A stretch of 64,000 nucleotides of DNA, taken from NCBI GenBank assembly GCA_019247515.1, contig JAFAOS010000340.1, positions 315 to 64,314 of the forward strand, read 5' to 3'. This stretch comes from Chloroflexota bacterium (GTDB lineage: Bacteria; Chloroflexota; UBA6077; CF-72). Position 1 is the first letter of the stretch, and each line of letters starts with the position of its first letter. This document shows, piece after piece, positions 1 through 7,910 of this stretch. Made by a program: the position numbers and the translations under genes. The notes beneath the pieces are model-generated. The model was not told the DNA's origin and made no database searches. It saw only the letters and a program-made list of their open reading frames with translations.

Positions 1-121
1 CGTCTGTTGTTCCACGACCTGGCCACCGTTACGACGTCCGAGCTCAGAACCCCGGATCGACGTCCGCTACCAATGGTTGAGTACACTTGCAGTTGGGGGT
101 GCGGAGGGTGCAAGGAGCAGT

Positions 122-2461
122 ATGGCTACGCAACAGTCTGCGCAGGTCTACGTCACAAACACCACTGACGGTCATGCCACGATCACGCTCTACCACAATA
201 ACTCGTCGAATGGTACCCAGAGTGCGACCTGGACCGCCGACCCTGGCCAGGAGGTCGGCCCCCTGAGCGTCCGCTTCGAAACGGGCTTCGGATCCTGGGG
301 TATCCTCGACTATTGGGCGGTTGAGCTGGCGGTCCGCGACGGCTCGACGCCCGGCGTGTACGAGAGCAGCGGCGTCCTCCAGTACAGCGACTGGAAAGAG
401 TGCCAGTTGCAAGGACCGGACGCCAATCAGAACCTGGTGTTCGCGGTCAATACGAGCACCTTCTCGATCAACTTGCGGTCCGGTGGCTGTTCAACACCAA
501 TGAATCTGGTTCAGCGGCAAACCGCACAGGCGTACGTCACCAACAATACCGATGGCCACGCGACCGTGACCCTCTACCACAACAATTCGTCGGACGGAAC
601 TCAGAGCGGCAGCTGGCCGGCGGCGCCGGGTCAGCAGGTCGGTCCACTCACCGTACCGTTCCGCGTCGGCCTGAACTCGGCCATGATTCTGGACTACTGG
701 GCCATCGAACTGGTCGTTCAGGATGGTTCCACACCGGGCGTCTACCAGAGCGCCGGTTTCGTATCGATGACCAACTGGAAGGAGTGCCAGCTCCAGGATG
801 CCGACGCCGGCAAGAGTCTGCCGCTCACCGTCAATACCAGCACCTTCTCGATCAACCTCCCGTCAGGCGGTTGCCAGGCAGCGATGAGCAAGGTCGGACC
901 CTACGCCAAGGTCGATCACGTGTTCGTCCTGATGCTGGAGAACCACTCCTTCGACAACATATTTGCGCTGTCCGGCATCCCGGGCATTCAGCACGCGACA
1001 AGCAGCAACTCGAACGCGTACAACGGCCAGACCTATCCGGTCGCGTCGCCTGCGTTGTCCAGCATGCCGACCGATCCCGGACACGAATTCCTCGACGTTC
1101 TGGAACAGCTCTGCGGGCAGGGAGTCACGCACACACCATGGACTGCATATCCACCGATTAACAACTCCGGGTTCGTCGCGAATTACGCGACGAGTCACAC
1201 CGAAGTTACCACGAACAATCCGAATGTGCCGACGCCTGCCCAGTACGGCGACATCATGCAATGCTTCGACACGTCCAGACAGCTGCCAGTGACCTATCAG
1301 CTGGCCACGGAATTTGCCGTGTGCGACCAGTGGTTCTCGTCCCTGCCTGGACCAACCTGGCCAAACCGCTTCTTCGTCCACGGCGCATCATCAGCCGGGT
1401 GGGCGGACAGCCCTCCCTCCACAACGATCGTCAAATGGGAAACGCCGGGCGGCGGTTTCGCGTATCCGAGCGGATCCTCCATATACGACACGCTCGCCAG
1501 CGCCGGGTTAGGGTGGCGCATATACGTGGATGAAAATGGACCCACGCTGGGCGGAATCCCGCAAGTAGCGGCACTGAGGGGCATTACATGGGGGATCAAC
1601 ACCAATTCATTTTCGGGCTTTGCTTCGGATCTCCAGGGGCCGTACCCGTACACCTATACGTTTATCGAGCCCAATTATGGAGACCTCGCCGGCGGGTCGT
1701 ACACCGGTGGCTCGTCCCAGCATCCAATGGACGGAGTGACCGGGGGCGAACGACTCATCAAGGCCACATACGAGGCCATTCGCAACTCACCATTGTGGAA
1801 CCGTAGTCTGCTGATCGTCACTTACGACGAGCATGGCGGCTTCTACGACTCCGTCCCGCCTGGACCCGCTCCGGCACCGGACGACGGAAGCCCGAATGAC
1901 CTGACGATCAATTCAAATGGCTTTACTTTTGAGAGGTATGGTGTCCGCGTGCCGGCGATCATCGTCTCGCCGCTCATCCCCAAAGGTTCGGTGGACCACA
2001 CGCTGTACGACCATGCGTCGGTCCTGGCCACGCTCGAGCACCTGTACCACCTGCCGACGTTGACCAGCCGCGATGCGGCTGCAAACACGGTTCTCAATCT
2101 GCTGTCGCTCAACACGCCCAGAACGGACTGTCCGACAGCCCTGAATAACCCCGCGCCTGGGCTCGTGCGGGCGACCGCTGCTGCCGCCGCGGCGCCGGTC
2201 GACGCCCAGAATGAGTTTTTGCCCGACTCCGGCAACGTCAATGGCGTCCTGAACATCCTGCTCAAGACCGATCTCGTGCTGTCGCGGGGCGATTCAATCG
2301 AGCATACGGCCATCCGACAGCGGTTCGACGGCATCAAGACTCTGGCGGACGCCCGGGCCTACGCCGACGAGGTGCGCACGAAATTGACAGCGGCACAGGC
2401 CAACCTCGCCGTCAAGCCGGCGCTCCCGTCGCGCGTCACCCCCACCAGCGCCGCGGAGTAA
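122..2461 (+). CDS. Phosphoesterase / non-haemolytic phospholipase C family protein with two N-terminal copies of an uncharacterised ~125-aa module
   Basis: ORF 77-2461. The internal ATG at 122 is preceded by AAGGAG (112-117). The C-terminal ~510 aa carry family motifs VFVLMLENHSFDNIF, TYDEHGGFYDSVPP and GVRVPAIIVSP. No recognisable signal peptide. Confidence 0.8.
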   Translation: MATQQSAQVYVTNTTDGHATITLYHNNSSNGTQSATWTADPGQEVGPLSVRFETGFGSWGILDYWAVELAVRDGSTPGVYESSGVLQYSDWKECQLQGPDANQNLVFAVNTSTFSINLRSGGCSTPMNLVQRQTAQAYVTNNTDGHATVTLYHNNSSDGTQSGSWPAAPGQQVGPLTVPFRVGLNSAMILDYWAIELVVQDGSTPGVYQSAGFVSMTNWKECQLQDADAGKSLPLTVNTSTFSINLPSGGCQAAMSKVGPYAKVDHVFVLMLENHSFDNIFALSGIPGIQHATSSNSNAYNGQTYPVASPALSSMPTDPGHEFLDVLEQLCGQGVTHTPWTAYPPINNSGFVANYATSHTEVTTNNPNVPTPAQYGDIMQCFDTSRQLPVTYQLATEFAVCDQWFSSLPGPTWPNRFFVHGASSAGWADSPPSTTIVKWETPGGGFAYPSGSSIYDTLASAGLGWRIYVDENGPTLGGIPQVAALRGITWGINTNSFSGFASDLQGPYPYTYTFIEPNYGDLAGGSYTGGSSQHPMDGVTGGERLIKATYEAIRNSPLWNRSLLIVTYDEHGGFYDSVPPGPAPAPDDGSPNDLTINSNGFTFERYGVRVPAIIVSPLIPKGSVDHTLYDHASVLATLEHLYHLPTLTSRDAAANTVLNLLSLNTPRTDCPTALNNPAPGLVRATAAAAAAPVDAQNEFLPDSGNVNGVLNILLKTDLVLSRGDSIEHTAIRQRFDGIKTLADARAYADEVRTKLTAAQANLAVKPALPSRVTPTSAAE
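131..886 (+). repeat. Intragenic tandem duplication, two ~124-codon modules with a 384-nt period
   Basis: SAQVYVTNTTDGHATITLYHNNSSNGTQS...DWKECQLQ...NTSTFSINLRSGGC aligns without gaps to TAQAYVTNNTDGHATVTLYHNNSSDGTQS...NWKECQLQ...NTSTFSINLPSGGC. About two thirds of positions are identical by eye. Confidence 0.85.
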
Positions 2462-2528
2462 CCCTCAACATTGGGGGCGCCGCTGCGCTCTTCCGCGTGC
2501 TGGACGACCGCCGTGGGTCTAGCGTCAG

Positions 2529-2567
2529 TGCTGGCCACACTGGCGCACGCGCTGCACGCCAGCATTT
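2529..2567 (+). terminator. Weak candidate intrinsic terminator after the phosphoesterase gene
   Basis: Inverted repeat TGCTGGC (2529-2535) / GCCAGCA (2558-2564) with an alternative inner stem TGGCG/CGCCA, followed by TTT. It lies in the convergent gap 2462-2571. The loop is long and the T-tract short. Confidence 0.25.
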
Positions 2568-2571
2568 AGAA

Positions 2572-3942
2572 CTATCCTCGGGTGGCTGCCCACTCCTGCA
2601 GCGCAATCCGCAAGAAGAAGGGCACCATCCGCTCCAACCACCATTGACCGTGCGGCCGTGGAATGTCGCGCCAGTAGCTCCCTGCGATGTGTATCGCAGC
2701 CAGTGGCCGGGCAACCGTAACCGCTCGTCGCAGTGACTCGGGTGGCGCGTACGCTGTCCAGGGCTCCAGATACCTGTCCACGATGCGTTGCTGCGCGTCG
2801 GGCACCGTGGAAAGGTAAGGATCCCACGAAGCGCTCTGCAGCAACGGCATCAAGCTGAAAAAGGGGTGGGAAAGGTTGGCGTCCGTCCAGTCGATGAACG
2901 CGACCCGGTCGTCCGCGACGTACACGTTGGAACTCCAAAGGTCACCATGCTCGAGAGCGGCGGGCAGTCCACTCTGGGCAAGCTCGTCGCAAGCTGCCTC
3001 GAGTTCAGGGCGAAGCGTGTGCAATCGGCGCATCTCTTCGGCTGTTAGCCCGTGCTCGGCCCCTCCCACGAGGGCGGGCTCGTCCTCCACAAGCGCACCG
3101 ATCACCGTGCGCAACTCAAGCGGCCCGCGCTCTCGGCAGCCCAGAGCGCGTAGCGTGCCGAGGTGGGCAGTAGAGGCGATCTGAAGCTCGGCATACCTGC
3201 CTGCCACCCGTTCCCAGGTGGCGAGCGGTGCACCCGCTTCCAACACGCGCCCGCGGCAGGAGCGCATCAGGAGCCAGCGCTCCTGCGCATTCGTGGCCAA
3301 CACCTCGGGGACAGACGCCGGCTCCCACTCGGCCAGATGGCGAACCAACAGCGGCTCGCTGGCATACGAGCGCGGCAAAGCCTTGAAAAAGAGCGCCTCC
3401 TGATCTGTCTGGACACGAAGGACGCATGAAAACTCCCACGCGCGGACTTGCTCTATGGCCCGCGCAGGACCGAGTCCGCGCGCGCTGAACTGTCGCATGA
3501 TCCAGGACGTCGCATGCGCCCACCAGCCTGCGACGGTCCAGTCCCGACCATCATGCGTAGCCCGCGGTGTCGCGGCCTGAAGGAACCAGGCGTCGAGAAG
3601 AGACGCTTGTGAAGGCTCGACAAAGACAAGGTGGCTGAGATCGCCTGCCTGCACCCAGCGGAGAGTGGACTCATCTGAGAGGCCAGTGAGTAGCTCTAGC
3701 TCCAGCAGTCGACGAACACGGCCGTCGGCGACATCGACATGACGGCAGCTCAGGACCGCAGTATCCAGCCCCAGCTGGTCGCGGATCGCCAGCCGGGTTG
3801 GACCCACATCGGCCGGGTGGTGCACGGCCGTATGAATCGTTGGTAGTCGCCATCTGCCCTGCACCGCCATCACCAGAACAGCCGGTGGCTCCTGGCGCGC
3901 GATCAGGAGAGTATCTTCGAACCGATCCTCGATCAGTGACAT
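2572..3942 (-). CDS. Aminoglycoside/choline-kinase-like phosphotransferase family protein with an extra ~130-aa N-terminal region
   Basis: Kinase catalytic loop HGDLWSSNVYV followed by AFIDWTDANLSHPFF (HxDxxxxN plus IDW pattern of the APH family). Lies 18 nt downstream of the preceding LLM gene on the same strand. Confidence 0.7.
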   Translation of the reverse strand: MSLIEDRFEDTLLIARQEPPAVLVMAVQGRWRLPTIHTAVHHPADVGPTRLAIRDQLGLDTAVLSCRHVDVADGRVRRLLELELLTGLSDESTLRWVQAGDLSHLVFVEPSQASLLDAWFLQAATPRATHDGRDWTVAGWWAHATSWIMRQFSARGLGPARAIEQVRAWEFSCVLRVQTDQEALFFKALPRSYASEPLLVRHLAEWEPASVPEVLATNAQERWLLMRSCRGRVLEAGAPLATWERVAGRYAELQIASTAHLGTLRALGCRERGPLELRTVIGALVEDEPALVGGAEHGLTAEEMRRLHTLRPELEAACDELAQSGLPAALEHGDLWSSNVYVADDRVAFIDWTDANLSHPFFSLMPLLQSASWDPYLSTVPDAQQRIVDRYLEPWTAYAPPESLRRAVTVARPLAAIHIAGSYWRDIPRPHGQWWLERMVPFFLRIALQEWAATRG

Positions 3943-3960
3943 GGGCGACCTGACAAAGCT

Positions 3961-4959
3961 TCACAAATGTTTGATCCTTGTATCATTGGGCGCGGCGGCG
4001 TACAGCGTGGTTTCAATCATGTCCCAGGGTACGCCCGGCGCGCAGCCGACCATCACGATGTCAACCGTCTGATCCCAGCACTCGAGACGCTCCCGAACCT
4101 GACTGGAAGTACCAAACGCCGCAAAGTCGTCCAGCAGCCGTTCGGCTTCCGGTGGAATCACCCCACCTTGCGGGCGAGGCCGAGGATTGGCAGCTCGGAC
4201 AGCCGCAACTTCAGCAGCGTAGCCGTTCTTCGACAGTGATCGACTGTACACATTGCCCATAGCAGCCACATACCAGGCTGCCATGGAAGCCGCTACTTGC
4301 CGCGCTGCAAGAGGGTTGTCGTCAGCAACGGCCGACGGGCCCGCGGCAACGATCAGCTGGTCCGATCGCTTCGATTCCAATTGCCTTCGCCAGGTGTGCA
4401 GGCGCTTGCGGTCGACGTACAACGGCAGCCAACCATCGGCGAGCTCAGCGACAACCTGCGCGCTGCGATCGCCAAGGGCCGCCAGCCAGATAGGCACAGC
4501 CGGAGTCGGGGCAACCCCAAGGCGGATTGGCCGAGCTGACGGCACGCCTGTCAGGTCAGGGGTCTGTCCAGCCAGCAACGCGCGGACTCTGGTAACGGTT
4601 CCGCGGAGTCTGTCAGCTACCTGAACGAACCGTACATCGTGAAAGCCCTCCGCGAGGGCCCGAGTGCTAGCGCCGAGGCCCAGAATGAAGCGCCCACCGG
4701 AGATGTCGTGGAGCGTCGCGGCGGTCATTGCAAGCGTGGCAGGGCTGCGGCCCCATACCGACAGGATGCCTGAGACAATACGGATTCGCCGAGTGCGCAA
4801 TGCGATCTCCGTCAAGACGGGGATCGAATCCAGGCCCCAGCCCTCCGGTACGGAAAATACCTCGTACCCGAGTTCCTCCGCCATCAAAGCAGTCCGCACG
4901 ATGACATCTCGACGGGTTTCCATCGGTGTCAGCGCGACGCCGCGGCGACGATCAGTCAT
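3961..4959 (-). CDS. Luciferase-like monooxygenase (LLM) class flavin/F420-dependent oxidoreductase
   Basis: 332 aa. LMAEELGYEVFSVPEGWGLDS, GRFILGLGAS and a C-terminal FGTSSQVRERL are typical of LLM TIM-barrel oxidoreductases. Confidence 0.85.
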   Translation of the reverse strand: MTDRRRGVALTPMETRRDVIVRTALMAEELGYEVFSVPEGWGLDSIPVLTEIALRTRRIRIVSGILSVWGRSPATLAMTAATLHDISGGRFILGLGASTRALAEGFHDVRFVQVADRLRGTVTRVRALLAGQTPDLTGVPSARPIRLGVAPTPAVPIWLAALGDRSAQVVAELADGWLPLYVDRKRLHTWRRQLESKRSDQLIVAAGPSAVADDNPLAARQVAASMAAWYVAAMGNVYSRSLSKNGYAAEVAAVRAANPRPRPQGGVIPPEAERLLDDFAAFGTSSQVRERLECWDQTVDIVMVGCAPGVPWDMIETTLYAAAPNDTRIKHL

Positions 4960-5215
4960 GCATCACCCCCGCGATCAGCAGATCGGGCGTGTCTACCATG
5001 CGAATCGCCAGAATTCCGCCATTCAGGAGACCCGGCCAACCCGCGTAATGCGGCTCTGGTTGCCAAGTACAAACGGTCGTCTCGCCTGACCAGTAACTCT
5101 TGATCTGTAAACCGTGTGGGTTCTTCGGGCCGCATCCCCAACACGGCTGGTCGGGCAACTGGTCCTGGATCGCGCGCGTGAACGTTGCTGGGTCGGGTCG
5201 CATGGTCAGTCTCAA
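4952..5215 (-). CDS. PaaI/hotdog thioesterase-like protein, apparently C-terminally truncated
   Basis: 87 aa. CWGCGPKNPHGLQIK and GLLNGGILA match the N-terminal half of PaaI-type thioesterases. The ORF ends about 50 aa early and overlaps the LLM start by 8 nt. Confidence 0.45.
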   Translation of the reverse strand: MRLTMRPDPATFTRAIQDQLPDQPCWGCGPKNPHGLQIKSYWSGETTVCTWQPEPHYAGWPGLLNGGILAIRMVDTPDLLIAGVMHD

Positions 5216-5289
5216 CTCAAATTCTGTTGTGCGCCAGCCTACGCGCGGCGGACCCGATCGTCTTGAGCGAAACTACTCAACTACCGTAC

Positions 5290-6306
5290 TCAATGACCTG
5301 CGGTGAAACCGTGCTCGAGGGCCCAGGCGACCACCTGTACCCGTGAGCGCAGGCCGAGGCGATTGAGCACACGCTGGAGGTGGTTCTCCGCCGTGCGTTG
5401 ACTGATCACCATCACTTCGGCAATTTCGCGGTTGGTCAAACCACGCGCCACCAGCGCGACGACCTCTCGCTCGCGCGGCGACAGTGGGAGAATCGTCTGA
5501 TTTTCGCTGGTTAGAAAGCCACGTATCGCCTCGAGCAGGGGCTCGGGGTCGCCAAAATACGGGAGATGGGCCATGCCACGGAGTGGCACGAGAACAGCAC
5601 CCGGAATATGCGCGGCGACTTCGCGACCGAGCACGAACGGCACCGCGCGGTCCTCCTGCCGGTGGAGGACGAGCGTTGGAACCCTCAAGCCTGGCAGGAT
5701 GCCGCGTATGTCGCTCTGATAACTCGCCTCCAGCAACTCGGCCGCTACCTCGGCAGACGCAGCAATGCGCTGAGTTTCCGCAAACGACGCTGCTGCTGCA
5801 GCGTCCTCGCCCGCCAGGAAAATGTTGGACAGAGTCCGTGACCCCAGACCCCAGTGGGCGCGAATGAGCGCTAGCACCGAGGCCTTCACTTCGTCGGGTG
5901 CCAGATCTCGGCCGCACGCCCAGGTGCCGTACAGGATCAGTTTGCGTACCTGGTCAGGGTGGCGGCTCGCGAGGAGTGCTGCTACCAGCCCGCCCTGTGA
6001 GGTACCCAGGACGTCGAAGGTCCGCAGGCCGAGGCTGGCAATGACACTCTCCAGAGCCCGGACCTCGACGTCAATTGAGAAATCACGCCGCTGCCGATCC
6101 GATAGCCCCGTACCTGGTTTGTCGAAGCGAACGATGGTACGGATCTGCGCCAGTGATTCAAAGAAGGTCCGATACGCTTGGGACTGCCACATGAACTCCA
6201 GGTGGCTGACCCAGCCCGTATCCACAACGAGGACCGGTCCCCGGCCGGCTGTCGCGTAGGCCACTCGAGATCCGTCGACCTCACAGAAACGAATCCGCTG
6301 GTCCAT
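5290..6306 (-). CDS. Alpha/beta-hydrolase domain fused to a C-terminal LuxR-type HTH (one-component regulator)
   Basis: N-terminal hydrolase fold with nucleophile elbow GTSQGG and a late His (GMAHLPYF). C-terminal LSPREREVVALVARGLTNREIAEVMVISQRTAENHLQRVLNRLG is a canonical LuxR/FixJ HTH. Confidence 0.8.
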   Translation of the reverse strand: MDQRIRFCEVDGSRVAYATAGRGPVLVVDTGWVSHLEFMWQSQAYRTFFESLAQIRTIVRFDKPGTGLSDRQRRDFSIDVEVRALESVIASLGLRTFDVLGTSQGGLVAALLASRHPDQVRKLILYGTWACGRDLAPDEVKASVLALIRAHWGLGSRTLSNIFLAGEDAAAAASFAETQRIAASAEVAAELLEASYQSDIRGILPGLRVPTLVLHRQEDRAVPFVLGREVAAHIPGAVLVPLRGMAHLPYFGDPEPLLEAIRGFLTSENQTILPLSPREREVVALVARGLTNREIAEVMVISQRTAENHLQRVLNRLGLRSRVQVVAWALEHGFTAGH

Positions 6307-6470
6307 CTGTGTAAGCCACCATACCAGAGGGTCTCCGTGTCAGCCGGCATTCTATGCTGACGCCGTTCGATTCGGTCCGGCCGCCGTGACATATGCTGTG
6401 TCGCCTCAGGTCCGCGTGCACATTCGACGCCGCGGGCCCGGGTCGGGGAGCGATCGAGGGCTGAAGCGGC

Positions 6471-7889
6471 TCAGGCTAGGTGCACGTACTCGTAATCCAG
6501 CGGCTTGCCGTTGATCCCGTTGCGCGGCGGAGCGATCCACGCGGCCAGCTTGCCGCGCTCGTAGACCGGCTGCATGAGGGAACGGACGTAGGTCCTGTCA
6601 ACCGGGCTCGGCAGCCACTCGTATTTCTGGGCCTCCCATTCAGCGGCTGAGAGCAGCTCACCCTCTGGCGTCGCCCGGATGTCCGCGAACGCGCCGACGT
6701 GGCGATTGAACGCGACGTGCGGCAGCTTCAGGCGATGCGGGAGTCCGGCCGAGGTAAGCGTAGCGTTCCAGCGGTCCACACCATTCTGGCAGTCGGCGAT
6801 GTACTCACGCCGGAGATCAGCGTTCAGGCCCAGCAACGCGGGAACCTCCGTCTGACCGATCTGGCCGTCGATCAGGGCGTCAACCATGATCGAGGTGTCC
6901 GTGAGCTGGTGATCGTCCTTCCGTCGCTCCTCGGCCCAGCGTCCCTTCAGCCCGGCGGTGAAGTAGTTGCCAACATTGGTGGAGGTCTCGCCGCCAAACA
7001 GGTCGAGCGAAACCGAGAAGTGGAAATTAAGGTACTTCTGAATCACGGAGAGGGGAATGGCGCCGTACGGAATCACATCGTCGGTGTTGTGCTCCCGCAT
7101 TAGCTGCGCGGTGCGCTCCACAACCCGCTGCGCACCGGTCAGACCCACGAACATGTGGTGGCTTTCTTCTTTGAGCATGAACGCGCAGGTGCGCGCCAGC
7201 GGATCGAACGCCGACTCCTTCAGCGTCCCCAACTGGTACTTCCCGTCCCGGTCAGTGAAATACGTGAACATGAAGAACGACAGCCAGTCCGGCGTTTCCT
7301 CGTTGAAGGCACCCAGGATGCGGGGCGCCTCCTGACTGCCGGAGTGGCGGTGCAGCAACAGCTCCGCCTCCTCGCGACCGTCACGGCCGAAATGCGCCTG
7401 GAGCAGATAGACCATCGCCCACAGGTGTCGGCCTTCCTCCACGTTGACCTGGAACAGGTTGCGCAGGTCGTACAGACTCGGTGCGGTTGCACCAAGATTG
7501 CGCTGCTGCTCGACCGACGCCGGTTCCGTGTCACCCTGGATGACGATGAGGCGCTGAAGGCTGGCGCGATATTCGCCCGGCACCTGCTGCCAGGCGGCGT
7601 CGCCTTTGTGCTGGCCGAAGGCGATGCGTCGGTCCGGGTCGCGATCGGCGAGAAAGATGCCCCAGCGGTAATCGCGCATGGGCACGTGATCGAAGACGGC
7701 CCAGCCGTCCCGATCCACGCTGATGGCCGTGCGCAAGTACACGTCGCGCGTTGGGAGGGCCGGGCCCATTGTGTCCCACCAGGAGAGAAAATTGGGTTGC
7801 CAGGCTTCGAGCGCTCGCTGTAAACGGCGGTCCTCCTGGAGCTTGACGTTGTTCGGGATCTTTTCCGCGTAATCGGCGGCCGTGGTCAT
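6471..7889 (-). CDS. boxB: Benzoyl-CoA 2,3-epoxidase, di-iron oxygenase subunit BoxB
   Basis: 472 aa. The N-terminus YAEKIPNNVKLQEDRRLQRALEAWQPNFLSWWDTMGP closely matches BoxB sequences as I remember them. Length fits. Confidence 0.9.
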   Translation of the reverse strand: MTTAADYAEKIPNNVKLQEDRRLQRALEAWQPNFLSWWDTMGPALPTRDVYLRTAISVDRDGWAVFDHVPMRDYRWGIFLADRDPDRRIAFGQHKGDAAWQQVPGEYRASLQRLIVIQGDTEPASVEQQRNLGATAPSLYDLRNLFQVNVEEGRHLWAMVYLLQAHFGRDGREEAELLLHRHSGSQEAPRILGAFNEETPDWLSFFMFTYFTDRDGKYQLGTLKESAFDPLARTCAFMLKEESHHMFVGLTGAQRVVERTAQLMREHNTDDVIPYGAIPLSVIQKYLNFHFSVSLDLFGGETSTNVGNYFTAGLKGRWAEERRKDDHQLTDTSIMVDALIDGQIGQTEVPALLGLNADLRREYIADCQNGVDRWNATLTSAGLPHRLKLPHVAFNRHVGAFADIRATPEGELLSAAEWEAQKYEWLPSPVDRTYVRSLMQPVYERGKLAAWIAPPRNGINGKPLDYEYVHLA

Positions 7890-7910
7890 GCGTGCATCCT
7901 TCAGGTGAGG

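Noticed and set aside
122-886. Considered naming the duplicated PLC N-terminal module as aegerolysin-like or a lectin
   Set aside because: Only a vague resemblance of the first strand (AQxxVxNxT...) supports it, and I cannot align the rest from memory. It is left as an uncharacterised module pending an HMM or structure search.
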